From the NCBI GenBank assembly GCA_963763775.1, contig CAVXPZ010000003.1, positions 416,001 through 480,000 on the forward strand: a stretch of 64,000 nucleotides of DNA, read 5' to 3'. Position 1 is the stretch's first letter; each line of letters opens with the position of its first letter. The notes under the pieces are model-generated. The model worked only from the letters and a program-made list of their open reading frames with translations, was not told where the DNA came from and did no database searches. Positions 20,469 through 30,372 of this stretch are shown here, one piece after another. The DNA comes from an uncultured Chloroflexia bacterium. GTDB taxonomy: Bacteria > Chloroflexota > Limnocylindria > Limnocylindrales > CSP1-4. The position numbers and the translations under genes are program-made.

Positions 20469-21619
20469 GGGATCTCGGCGCGGAACCCGTCGGGGAGCTG
20501 GCCGGCCGCCGCGAGCCGGCGGATCACGAAGCCGTAGTACTCCTCGACCTTCGCGGTCACGCGCGGCCAGCTGAAGTCCTCGGCGCGACGGCGACCGGCC
20601 TCGCGCATCGACGCCTGGAGATCCGGCTCGTCGAGGAGGCGCGCGATCGCCACGGCGAGGTCCTTCGGCTCGCGCGGCGGGACCAGGAGCCCCTCGCGAT
20701 CCCGCCGGACGACCCCCTTGTAGCCGTGGATGTCCGAGCAGACGATGGGCGCGCCGGCGGCCATGGCCTCGAGGAGGACGATCCCGAACGACTCGCCGCC
20801 GGTCGCCGGGGAGACGAAGACCGTCGCCGTGCGGTAGAGCTGGGCCTTCTCGGTATCGCTGACGCGGCCGAGGAACTCGACGCCCTGGAGTCCGCGCGTG
20901 GCCACGTAGCGGCGCGCCTCGCGCTCCTGTGGGCCACCGCCGACGATCAGGAGCCGCGTGCCGTACCCGGTCTTGCGCAGGATGCGCTGGGCCTTGAGCA
21001 GGTCGAGGAGCCCCTTGCGCGGCTCGTGGCGCCCTACGAACAGCAGGTTCGGCGTGCCGTCCTGCCATCGGGCGATCGGCACGGCGTTGGCAAATCGCGC
21101 GATGTCGACCCCATTGGGGATCACCTTGTAGTCGCCCGGGAAGAACCGGTCGATGAAGTGGCGCGCCGCGGCGCTGACCGCGATCCGGCCGTGGAGCCGT
21201 CCCGCGTAGCCGCGCATGACGCGGCTGCCCAGCTCGTACGAGGGCGAGAAGCCGGCGTACGCGTGGAACGTCGCCACGTTGACGCTCGTGGATTCGCGGA
21301 GCAGGAACAGCGACAGGAACGGCACGAACGGTTCGTGGAAGTGGAGGAGGTCGAAGCGCTCGCGCTCCAGCATCGCCTTCACCTGCCCGATGTAGCGCGG
21401 CGAGAACGTCAGGGTCCCGACCGACCCGTTCGTCGGCATCGAGAACCCGACGCCGATGCGCAGGATGTCGCCTTCCGACGAGCGCTGCGGCCCGTGGCTC
21501 GCGGTGATGATCCGCACGTCGTGCCCGGCCAGGCGCAGGTTCTCGTACAGGAATCGCACGTGCTGCGCGACGCCGCCCGCCTCCGGGTAGATGTACGGGC
21601 AGACGAGGCCGATCTTCAT
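20381..21619 (-). CDS. pimA: GT4 phosphatidyl-myo-inositol alpha-mannosyltransferase, PimA-like
   Basis: MKIGLVCPY..GGVAQHV, NGSV, HFHEPFVP, EPRKG, GGESFGIVLLEAMAAG; linked to pgsA and acyltransferases. Confidence 0.8.
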   Translation of the reverse strand: MKIGLVCPYIYPEAGGVAQHVRFLYENLRLAGHDVRIITASHGPQRSSEGDILRIGVGFSMPTNGSVGTLTFSPRYIGQVKAMLERERFDLLHFHEPFVPFLSLFLLRESTSVNVATFHAYAGFSPSYELGSRVMRGYAGRLHGRIAVSAAARHFIDRFFPGDYKVIPNGVDIARFANAVPIARWQDGTPNLLFVGRHEPRKGLLDLLKAQRILRKTGYGTRLLIVGGGPQEREARRYVATRGLQGVEFLGRVSDTEKAQLYRTATVFVSPATGGESFGIVLLEAMAAGAPIVCSDIHGYKGVVRRDREGLLVPPREPKDLAVAIARLLDEPDLQASMREAGRRRAEDFSWPRVTAKVEEYYGFVIRRLAAAGQLPDGFRAEIPQAPLLRAKASASSTSDEPASDNLQNQAQ

Positions 21620-22440
21620 CGGCCGTCGGCCTCGTATCGCGGGGGCCGCTGGCGCCCGCCCGGATACCCGTGGTCCCGCCCGGTGCCGTCGCGGCGCAGC
21701 CGGCCGCCGACCTCGTCCTTCGCGTCACGGCCGCGCTTGCGCAGCTGCTGCCCGAAGACGCCGAGCTGCCCTGTCGCCCCGTGGAACGAGCCGTGGTGCT
21801 TCGTCTCCCGCGCGAGGATGGCCGCGCGCAGGTCCGCCGCCGTGTGCCCGGGAAACGACGTCCAGCCGGTCCCGACGGCCTCGAGCGCGTGCGCGTCGCT
21901 GTCGCCGAGGTGCGCGAGCCCGTGCGCCGTCGCGAAGCGGACGACGCGCTGGTGCCACGGCCGCCCGAGGGCCGTCGGGTTGAAGGTCTCGAGGCCGTCC
22001 GGGTGGACTCGCTCGTCCGGGTCGTCCAGGAGACCCCGGAGGACGCGCCCCTGGGCGCAGAGCGGATACGGCACGAGCGGGTGTGCAGGGACCGCCAGGC
22101 CGCCCGCATCGTGGACGGCGGCGATCGAGTCCCGGAGCGAGCGGTACGGACGGATCCGCTCCTCGACGAAGAGCGCCAGGAGGTGCCCGCCGCGCGTGGT
22201 GACCTCCTCGCCGACGACGACCTCGATCGGGAGTCCGCGATCGCGCGCCATGGCGCGCCCCGCGACCGCCGCGTCGATCCGCTCGTGGTCGGTGATCGCG
22301 ATGACGTCGAGCGTGCGGGCGGCCGCGACGTGCTCGAGGATCGCCTCGACGCTCGCGGTGCCATCGGACGCGACGGTGTGGATGTGGAGGTCCGCCCGGC
22401 CGGGCCGATCGGGCCGATCGGGTCGATCGCGACCGGTCAT
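21616..22440 (-). CDS. PHP domain metal-dependent phosphoesterase
   Basis: DLHIHTVASDG, ITDH, GEEV, GHLL, AHP, GDSDAH. Confidence 0.9.
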   Translation of the reverse strand: MTGRDRPDRPDRPGRADLHIHTVASDGTASVEAILEHVAAARTLDVIAITDHERIDAAVAGRAMARDRGLPIEVVVGEEVTTRGGHLLALFVEERIRPYRSLRDSIAAVHDAGGLAVPAHPLVPYPLCAQGRVLRGLLDDPDERVHPDGLETFNPTALGRPWHQRVVRFATAHGLAHLGDSDAHALEAVGTGWTSFPGHTAADLRAAILARETKHHGSFHGATGQLGVFGQQLRKRGRDAKDEVGGRLRRDGTGRDHGYPGGRQRPPRYEADGR

Positions 22441-23376
22441 GCCGCGGCCTCCTCGAGGTCGGGCCAGATCGGGAAGAAGACCGCCCACCATTGCTCCGGA
22501 GCGGTCTCGACGATCCGCTCGAAGGCGTGGGCAAGGTCGGTCATGGTGGCCGTGACGCGATCGCGGCGCGTCCCGTCGAGCGGGACCGTGATCCGCTCGA
22601 GCCGACCGCTGTACCGTCCGACCCCCATGCGGCGCACGCCGACGACGTAGGGCCTCGCCCCGCTCTCGACGGCCAGCATGGCCGGGCCGAGCGGCAGCTT
22701 GGCCGGCGCCCCGAACAGCGGCATCAGCACGCCGCCACCGGTCAGGTCGCGGTCCCCGACCAGCCCGACGGCGGTCCCGTCGCGGAGCGCGGTCAGGAGC
22801 TCGCGACGCGCCTCGCGGAGCCCGACGATGCGGACACCGGCGGCACCGCGCGTCCGGACGAAGAACGCCTGGAGGGCCGGGTCGTCGATCGTCTCCATCG
22901 GCGCGACCGCGCCGCCCGACGCGTTCGGCGAGGAACAGCGAGGGGATCTCCAGCGACCCGAAGTGGAGCCCGACGAAGATCACGGGCGGCCCGGCGCCGA
23001 ACGCCTCGTCCACGACCTCGGGCGTCTCGACGGCCATGAGGCGGTCCACCTCGCCCGGGCGGATGGACGGGGTCCTGGCCACCTCGAGGTAGTAGCGGGC
23101 GTTGTGCCGGAACGCGGACCGGACGAGCCGCTCCAGCGCGCGTGGGTCGGCGGCCGCGGCCTTGACGCGTGCTCCGCCGCGCCCATCCGCCGCCAGGGCC
23201 GTGACGACGCGGCGCAGGTTGCGGCGCGCCTGGGACGCGCGGTCGGGCGCGGCGCGATACCAGAGGTCGCCGGCCAGGTCCGCCAGCCGGACCAGCGGAC
23301 CCTCCGGGAGCCGGCACGCGACCCAGGAGGCGCCGATGAGCAACCGGCCCCGCGCACGCCGGAGCAGCCGGTTCAC
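22437..23376 (-). CDS. PatA/LpxL-family lipid acyltransferase (frameshift near 22915)
   Basis: LHFGSLE HxxxxE motif, LVGDRDL, PLFGAPAKLPLGPA, PEQWW. Confidence 0.82.
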
Positions 23377-24473
23377 CGGCCCGCCTCGGACGCCGGTGCG
23401 CTCCCGACGGCCGTGGCGTCCGCGGGGGGCGCGAAGCCGCGGCCCGGGCCGGGATCGGGCTGACCGGCCTGCATGACGAGAGCGCGCCGTTCAAGGTCCG
23501 CGGCCTCGGCGGCCGTGGCCGGCCAGATCGGCTTGAAGCTGTACCACTGATGCGGTGCGGCGGCCACGGTCTCGGCCAGCCAGTCGGCGAGGGCCTGGGT
23601 GACCCGCCAGAGCTCGGCCGGGTCCTCCGAGACGATGTCGATCGGCCCGCGCCACGTGACCAGCATCGTGTCGTCGGGCTGCCGGCGGATCGAGATCGGG
23701 AGGATGCGCGAGCCGGTCTTGGCGGCGAGCGTCGCGGGACCGGCGGGCAGGGCCGTCCATGCGCCGAAGAGCCGGACCGGGATCCCGTCGCTGCGGTAGC
23801 CCCAGTCCACGAGAAGCCCGAGGAGCTCCTTGCGCCGGAGCACGCCGAAGATCCCGCGGAGGTTGCGCCAGCCGATGAGCTTGACCCCCCAGCCCTCGCG
23901 CTGGCGTCGGAGCAGGTCGAACAGCTCCGGGAAGGACGAGTCGTCCGCCACGACGCTGAGCGGCAGGCCGTGCCGGGCGATCCCGGCCGCGACCGCCTCG
24001 TTGCTGCCCATGTGCCCGACGACCAGGATCATCCCGCCGCCGCGCGGCGCCTCGTGCCAGAGGCGTCGGACCTCCCCGATATCGAGCGTCGGCGTCAGGC
24101 CGGCCACCTCGTCGAGCGGACGCGACGGCAGCCGCATGAGCTCCACGAGGTAGCGGCCGTACTCGAGATAGGCGCGAAGCGCCATCCGACGGACGCGCGG
24201 GTCGTCGGGCGACAGGCCGAGGACGTGGCCGAAGTTGCGGTTCGACCAGCGCCGTTTCGTCGGCCAGACGAGGTACGAGAGTTGCGACAGCCGGCCGACG
24301 ATCCCGCGAGCGAGGCCCTGCGGCAGGACCCCGAACACCCACGCCGTCACCCGGTAGGCGAGGACCGCCAGGCGCTCGACGACGCGGGGACTGCTGCCCC
24401 CGCGTCGATGCGGGGCCTCGAGGCGGCGTTCGCCCGGGGCGACCCCGTCGGTCCGCTGACGGCCGTCGGTCAC
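23373..24473 (-). CDS. PatA/LpxL-family lipid acyltransferase
   Basis: GHMGSNE HxxxxE motif, [25 protein letters not shown]. Confidence 0.85.
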   Translation of the reverse strand: MTDGRQRTDGVAPGERRLEAPHRRGGSSPRVVERLAVLAYRVTAWVFGVLPQGLARGIVGRLSQLSYLVWPTKRRWSNRNFGHVLGLSPDDPRVRRMALRAYLEYGRYLVELMRLPSRPLDEVAGLTPTLDIGEVRRLWHEAPRGGGMILVVGHMGSNEAVAAGIARHGLPLSVVADDSSFPELFDLLRRQREGWGVKLIGWRNLRGIFGVLRRKELLGLLVDWGYRSDGIPVRLFGAWTALPAGPATLAAKTGSRILPISIRRQPDDTMLVTWRGPIDIVSEDPAELWRVTQALADWLAETVAAAPHQWYSFKPIWPATAAEAADLERRALVMQAGQPDPGPGRGFAPPADATAVGSAPASEAGR

Positions 24474-25717
24474 TTCGCCGCGGCGGTCGCGACCTGCGCC
24501 TTGTTGCCGGCGAGCTTGCGCAGCTTGCGCTTGACGGGCGCCTCGGTGCCCACGAGCGTCTCGTTGTCCTCGCCGCGGATGAACGCCTCCACCCGGTTGA
24601 AGGCGATGTCGTCGTGGATCTGCTGGGGCGGGCTCTTCATGAAGTAGCTCGAGGGGGCGACGAGCGTGCCCTTGAGCCCGCGGTCGAGGCCGAGCTTCAT
24701 GCAGCGGATGGCGTCGGTGATGACGCCGGCGCTGTTCGGGCTGTCCCAGACCTCGAGCTTGAGCTCCGCGTTGAGCGGCACGTCGCCGTAGGTCGTGCCC
24801 TCCATCCGGATGTAGCACCACTTGCGGTCGAGCAGCCACGGCACGTGGTCGCTGGGGCCGACGTGGATGTCGTCCTCGTCGAGCTCGTAGTCGAGCATCG
24901 AGGTGACGGCGTTGGTCTTGGAGATCTTCTTGGACTCGAGGCGCTCGCGCTCGAGCATGTTGAGGAAGTCCGTGTTGCCGCCGAAGTTCAGCTGGTAGGT
25001 GCGGTCGAGGCGGACGCCGCGGTCCATGAACAGGCGGGTGAGGACGCGGTGGGTGATCGTGGCGCCGACCTGGCTCTTGATGTCGTCGCCGATGACCGGG
25101 AGGCCGGCCTCCGCGAAGCGGCGCTGCCAGTAGGGCTCACGGCCGATGAAGACCGGGATCGCGTTGACGAACCCGACGCCGGCCTTGAGGGCCTGCTCGG
25201 CGTACCACTTCGTCGCCTCCTCGCTGCCGACCGGCAGGTAGGAGACCATGACGTCGACCTCGCGCTCCTTGAGGATGCCGACGATGTCGGCGGTCTCGCC
25301 CGGCGCCTTCTCGATGATCTGGCTGAGGTACTTGCCCAGGCCGTCGTGGACCATGCCGCGCTCGACGGTCACGCCGATCTTGGAGACCTGCTGGAAGACG
25401 TACGTGTTGTTCGGCTTCGTGTAGATCGCCTCGGACAGGTCCTTGCCGACCTTGTTCTTGTCGATGTCGAACGCCGCGACGAAATCGATGTCGCGGATGT
25501 GGTAGCCGCCCAGGTTGACGTGCATCAGCCCGGGGACGAAGTCGTCGTCGTTCGCGTTCTCGTAGTAGTAGCGGCCCTGGACGAGGCTGCTCGCGCAGTT
25601 GCCGACGCCGACGATCGCGACGCGGATCTTGCCGTCGCCGCGGCGCCCGGCGCCTGCCCACGTGTTGCCCGGCGTCGCGCCGTTCTTCCCGTTGCCGTTG
25701 CTTCCGTTCTTGGCCAC
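24470..25717 (-). CDS. ino1: Inositol-3-phosphate synthase
   Basis: [53 protein letters not shown]. Confidence 0.96.
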   Translation of the reverse strand: MAKNGSNGNGKNGATPGNTWAGAGRRGDGKIRVAIVGVGNCASSLVQGRYYYENANDDDFVPGLMHVNLGGYHIRDIDFVAAFDIDKNKVGKDLSEAIYTKPNNTYVFQQVSKIGVTVERGMVHDGLGKYLSQIIEKAPGETADIVGILKEREVDVMVSYLPVGSEEATKWYAEQALKAGVGFVNAIPVFIGREPYWQRRFAEAGLPVIGDDIKSQVGATITHRVLTRLFMDRGVRLDRTYQLNFGGNTDFLNMLERERLESKKISKTNAVTSMLDYELDEDDIHVGPSDHVPWLLDRKWCYIRMEGTTYGDVPLNAELKLEVWDSPNSAGVITDAIRCMKLGLDRGLKGTLVAPSSYFMKSPPQQIHDDIAFNRVEAFIRGEDNETLVGTEAPVKRKLRKLAGNKAQVATAAAK

Positions 25718-25736
25718 TGTGCTCTCTCCGTTGCGC

Positions 25737-26384
25737 TTACTTGGTCTGGGTGGTCGAGGTGGACTGCTGCTGATCTTGGCGGCGGACGAACAGGATCCGC
25801 TGGATGACGGTGATGACGGCCCCAACGAGGATGACGCCGAGCGCGAACTCGATGGCCGCGATGCCGATGCTCGTCCCGGTCAGGACGATCCCGAGCGAGA
25901 TGATGACGAGGCGGACCTCACGGGGCATGACCCCGATCGCCGCCAGTCCCATCCCCGAGGAGTAGCCGAGGGCGTCGGACTTCGCCCGGGCGTAGCTGAC
26001 CATGATCGATGCGCCCATGGCGGCCGCGGCCACGAGGACGGGCAGGTCCGCCGCGCCGGCGGCCTGCATCCCGGCGATGACGCCGAGGAAGACGACGATC
26101 TCGCCCGCCTTGTCGAAGAACGAGTCCATGAAGGCGCCGAGCTTGCTGGCCTGGCCGGTCGCGCGCGCCAGCGTGCCGTCGAACATGTCGAAGACGCCGC
26201 CGACGAAGACGACGATGCCGCCGACGACCCAGGCCTGCAGCCCGACCAGGATGGACCCGACGACGGTGATCGCGAACCCGATGAGGGTCAGCCCGTTCGG
26301 GGTGAGCCCGATGCGGCCCATCCCGAGCGCGATCGGCTCGAAGATCCGCTTGACGCGGTCGCGGGAGTCGTTGGAGATCGTCAT
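25737..26384 (-). CDS. pgsA: CDP-alcohol phosphatidyltransferase (phosphatidylinositol-phosphate synthase-like)
   Basis: [31 protein letters not shown]; adjacent to ino1. Confidence 0.88.
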   Translation of the reverse strand: MTISNDSRDRVKRIFEPIALGMGRIGLTPNGLTLIGFAITVVGSILVGLQAWVVGGIVVFVGGVFDMFDGTLARATGQASKLGAFMDSFFDKAGEIVVFLGVIAGMQAAGAADLPVLVAAAAMGASIMVSYARAKSDALGYSSGMGLAAIGVMPREVRLVIISLGIVLTGTSIGIAAIEFALGVILVGAVITVIQRILFVRRQDQQQSTSTTQTK

Positions 26385-26393
26385 CGCGCCGGG

Positions 26394-26726
26394 CTAGCTC
26401 GCGAAACCGAGGATCGCGCGCTCGCGCTCCGCGACTTCGCCGAACGCCTCGGAGCGGAGGCGGCAGACCGTCTCGCGGCCGACCCGGCGGCTCTCGATGA
26501 GCCCGGCGGCGCGCAGGCGCTTGAGGTGGTGGCTGACGAGCGGCTGCGAGAGGCCGACGTGGGCGATGAGGTCGTTGACGGACGCCTCGCCCTCGGCGAG
26601 CCGCCGCACGATGCGCAGCCGGTTCACGTCGGCCAGCGCCTTGTGGAAGGCGCGCAGGTCCCGCAGGTCGTCGGGCTGGATGACGATCGACGCGATGGTC
26701 GAGCGGATCCGGGCGGGCGTGGGCAC
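26394..26726 (-). CDS. ArsR/SmtB family transcriptional regulator
   Basis: KALADVNRLRIV, LSQPLVSHHLKRLRAAGLI. Confidence 0.9.
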   Translation of the reverse strand: MPTPARIRSTIASIVIQPDDLRDLRAFHKALADVNRLRIVRRLAEGEASVNDLIAHVGLSQPLVSHHLKRLRAAGLIESRRVGRETVCRLRSEAFGEVAERERAILGFAS

Positions 26727-26770
26727 GGGCGGGGCGATCTCCTGGGCCGTCTGGGGACGGTGGCCGTCGT

Positions 26771-26802
26771 ATCAACGACGGTTGATATCAACGGATGTTG
26801 AT
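26771..26802. promoter_or_regulatory. Tandem palindromic operator (2 x ATCAAC-N4-GTTGAT), probable ArsR site
   Basis: ATCAACGACGGTTGAT immediately followed by ATCAACGGATGTTGAT, between divergent arsR and MFS genes. Confidence 0.75.
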
Positions 26803-26847
26803 GCTACGACCCCGACGATGTCAAGCCCGCGCCGTACACTCCCGCGC

Positions 26848-28531
26848 ATGGATCGCCGGTCGAGGTCGGTGCTGCTCGCCGTCTTCGGGACCGGCGTGTT
26901 CCTCGCCGGGCTGGAGCTCATGATCACCGCCGTCGCGCTGCCGTCGATCCTCGACGACCTCGCGGACCCGAGTCGCGGCTCGGCCTGGGTCGAGCTGCGC
27001 AAGGCCAGCTGGATCATCAACGGCTACCTGCTGGTCTACATCCTCACGATGCCGCTCGCGGGGCGGTTCACCGATCTGTGGGGCGCCCGCCGACCGTTCC
27101 TCGCGGCCCTCGCGATCTTCACGATCGGCTCCGCGCTCGCCGGGCTCGCCCAGACGATGGACCAGCTCATCGCGGCTCGGCTGGTGCAGGCGGTCGGGGG
27201 CGGCGTGCTGGTCCCCGTCGGGACGGCCGCGGCCGCCCACCTGTACCCGGGCGCGGCGCGGCCCCGTGCGCTCGGCATCATCGCCGCGCTGACGTTCCTG
27301 GGGATGGCCGCTGGCCCGTTCCTCGGCGCGGCGATCCTGGCCTCGTTCCACCCGGCCGACGCGCTGGCCGGCGCCGGGCTCGGGTCGCCATGGACGTCGT
27401 TCTTCGCCCCGGCGTGGCGCTGGATCTTCTTCATCAACGTGCCGATCGGCCTCCTCGCCCTGCTCTTCGGGTGGGCGGCGTCGAGCGGCTGGGATACCCC
27501 GCGGCGACCGGGTCGCGCGGACCTGCTCGGGGCGGCCTGGTTCGGCCTGGCGCTCGTGAGCGGGCTCGTCGGTCTCACCCTGATCGGAACGACCGAGATC
27601 GCCGGCGGCCTCGCGGACCCGGCCGTCGTCACCGCGGTCCTCCTGGTCGCCGGCATCGCATTCACGCTCCTGGCGATCCGGCACGGACTGCGCCGCGAGG
27701 ACCCGTTCCTCGATCCGCGGCTCTTCACGATCCGTCCGTTCGCGGCGGCGTCGCTCGTGTCGCTGCTGACCGGGTACGCGTTCGCGACGGCGATCATCGG
27801 CGGGGCGGTGTTCGTCGACCGCGTGCTGTACGGCGGCCCGGACGACCAGCGGCTCGCCCTGGGCGCCCTCGCCGGGGCGACCGCGGTCGGGGCCCTGGTG
27901 TCGGGCTTCGCGCTCCGGATCATGTCGCCCGCGGGTGGCGACGCTCCTGGGCCTCGCGCTCAGCATCGCCGGACTGGTCGCGATGGCCGCGTGGACGTCG
28001 GAGACGGACATCGGGATCGTGGCGCTCTCGCTCGCGACGTTCGGGCTCGGGTTCGGCCTCACCGTCACCCCTCGTTCGACCGCGGCCGTGGAGGCCGCGG
28101 GCCGCCGGTCGTTCGGGGCGGCGGCGTCGGTGGTGACCGTCGCGCGGATGATCGGCATGGCGATCGGCCTGGCCATCCTGACGGCGTACGGCTCCACGAC
28201 CATCGACCGGCTCGCGACGCAGGTCTACGCCACCCCGGATGCGTACCTCCAGTTCATCCCCGCGACGCTCCAGGACCGGCCGCTCCGTGATCCGCTCGTG
28301 GTCGACGCCCTCGAGGAGTGGGCGTCGCGCGAGGCGGCGCGGATCATGGTCGGCCTCTTCGTCGTGGCCGCGGCGGTCACCGCGCTCGCCATCCCGCCGT
28401 CGCTCGTCCTCGGCAGTCGCCCGCGTATGCTGGGCACCGAACGCGCCGCAGCCGATGCGGCCGTCGCGGGAGGGCTCGAACCCGATGGCCGCGAACCCGC
28501 AGAAGCCGGCGGCCCCAGCGCCGCCCTCTGA
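26848..28531 (+). CDS. MFS transporter, DHA2/EmrB-like (frameshift near 27930)
   Basis: WIINGYLL..GRFTDLWG, ARLVQAVGGG, WRWIFFINVPIG; C-terminal TMs continue in the next frame. Confidence 0.88.
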
Positions 28532-29600
28532 CGCCGAGGGCGGCGCCGCGCACGAGCGCGCGCTCCTGCTCGGCCGTGCCGGCGAGCCGGTCAGCTTCAG
28601 CCGGCGGAACGCGGTCTCGAACGAGGGGCCAGGGCTCATCCGCGTCGCCGCGGTCCTCGGCGACGCGGTCCACGAACTGACCGGCGCCGAGGCGCTCGAC
28701 CGTCTCCCGGGGTTCCTCCAGACGACCGGGGCGAGCGTCTGGGTCGACCTCGCCGGCCCGTCGCGCGAGCAGGTGGAGGCGCTCGGGGCCACGCTCGGGC
28801 TGCACCCGCTCATCGTCGAGGACGTCCTCGAGGGGAACCAGCGCGCGAAGATCGAGACGACCGACGACGTGGTCCACATCGTGCTGTTCCACCTCGACTA
28901 CCAGGCGGCGCTCGTGGCGTCGGAGACGGACATCGTGCTCGGACCCGGGTTCCTGCTGACGACGCACGACGCGAGCTGGGACCCGCGAGCCTCGAACCAC
29001 CTGCGCGGCGGCGTCGAGACCATCCTCAAGCACGGCCCGGACCACATGCTGTGGGCGCTCGCCGACGACATCGTCGACGGCTACTTCCCCTTCGCGGACC
29101 AACTGGGCTACGCGATCGACGAGGTCCAGGACGAGGTCGTCCAGAAGGCCGACAAGGCGGCGCTGGAGCGCCTGTTCTTCCTCAAGCGACAGCTCATCGA
29201 CGTGCGGCGCGCGGTGAGCCCCGTCCGCGAGGTCTTCAACCAGATCACGAACCGGGACATGCCGCTCGTCGACGAGGACGAGCTCCTGTACTTCCGCGAC
29301 ATCTACGACCACGTCATCCGGTTGACCGACGAGCTCGACAACTACCGCGAGCTGGCGTCCTCGACGCTCGACGTGTACCTCACCACGATCAACAACAACC
29401 TCTCGATCATCATGAAGCGGCTGACCGGGGTGACGGTCATCCTCGCGGGGATCGGTGCGGTCGCCGGGATCTTCGGCATGAGCGAGGCCGGACTCGCCCT
29501 CGGCGGCGGGGAGGCCGGCGGGTTCTGGGCGGTCACCGCGTTCGTCGTCGGGATCGCGGCGCTCGCCGCGATCGTCCTGCGCAAGATCGACTGGATCTAG
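28485..29600 (+). CDS. corA: CorA family Mg2+/Co2+ transporter
   Basis: WVDL, LHPLIVED, YFRDIYDH, NNLSIIMKRLT, GIFGMS (variant of GMN); start uncertain. Confidence 0.85.
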   Translation: MAANPQKPAAPAPPSDAEGGAAHERALLLGRAGEPVSFSRRNAVSNEGPGLIRVAAVLGDAVHELTGAEALDRLPGFLQTTGASVWVDLAGPSREQVEALGATLGLHPLIVEDVLEGNQRAKIETTDDVVHIVLFHLDYQAALVASETDIVLGPGFLLTTHDASWDPRASNHLRGGVETILKHGPDHMLWALADDIVDGYFPFADQLGYAIDEVQDEVVQKADKAALERLFFLKRQLIDVRRAVSPVREVFNQITNRDMPLVDEDELLYFRDIYDHVIRLTDELDNYRELASSTLDVYLTTINNNLSIIMKRLTGVTVILAGIGAVAGIFGMSEAGLALGGGEAGGFWAVTAFVVGIAALAAIVLRKIDWI

Positions 29601-30292
29601 CCGCAGACGACCGGGTGCGGTTTCGGGTGCGCCGACCCGTGGTCGGACGTCTCCTGGGAGAGCGGCTTGGCGAGGACCTGCAGCTTTCCGACGGTCCCGT
29701 GCGGGCCTTCCGATGTCTGGAGCCAGAGCTCGTCCTCGGTCGCGGCGAGCGCGTCGTCGAGGGTGCGCTGGTGGCGGCGGACCTCGGTGATCTCGTAGAG
29801 GAAGCGCTGGTCGTCGTTGGTCCAGACCTCGACCACCATGCCGAGCAGGCTCTTGCCGTTCTTGATCTTCGACCGTTCCAGGAGTGGCAGGAACATGCCG
29901 TCACGGGCATGGGCGTACAGGTACGTCGCCCGGCCCTCGCCCGGCTGTCCGAGGGCGCCGATCCACATCGCGACGTCGCACAGCGGGTAGTCCGTCGGCG
30001 CGCCCGGCTTGACGACCGGGAGGTCGATGTCGAGCGCGGCGATCCGGACGCGCGTCGCGACCCGATCCGGCGGAGGACTCGGACTGGCGGTCGGTCCGGA
30101 CGACCCGAGCGGCGGCAGCGTCATGAGCGGGATCGGCGTCTCGGGCGCGTCGGTCACCGTGGGGTCGGCCGTCGACAGGCCGCCGGCGTCGGCCGTGACC
30201 GGCGTCCCGTACGACAGCAGGCCGCCTGCCAGGAGGGTGACGCCGAGGGCCGTGAGGATGGCGGGCAGGAGACGCGATCGGACGCCGGACAT
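29597..30292 (-). CDS. Sortase-like protein (class F/E-like) with Ser in place of the catalytic Cys
   Basis: N-terminal TM, P/T/S linker, RVRIAALDIDLPV, PGEG..YLYAH, LWLQTS (vs TLxTC). Confidence 0.7.
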   Translation of the reverse strand: MSGVRSRLLPAILTALGVTLLAGGLLSYGTPVTADAGGLSTADPTVTDAPETPIPLMTLPPLGSSGPTASPSPPPDRVATRVRIAALDIDLPVVKPGAPTDYPLCDVAMWIGALGQPGEGRATYLYAHARDGMFLPLLERSKIKNGKSLLGMVVEVWTNDDQRFLYEITEVRRHQRTLDDALAATEDELWLQTSEGPHGTVGKLQVLAKPLSQETSDHGSAHPKPHPVVCG

Positions 30293-30372
30293 CGGAGCGG
30301 CATCGTAGCAGCGGCTCCACCGAGGCGCCCCGAGCCGCTCGTACTGGTGTCCGGGCTGGTACCCTCGGGCCC

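Noticed and set aside
18302-22555. Very long Arg/Gly/Pro-rich alternative-frame ORFs (e.g. 1417 aa, 1107 aa)
   Set aside because: Shadow ORFs expected at this GC content, overlapping well-supported genes.
21616-23376. Acyltransferase-PHP fusion ORF (586 aa)
   Set aside because: Frameshift near 22915; the acyltransferase C-half is in another frame and ends at 22437, overlapping the PHP ATG.
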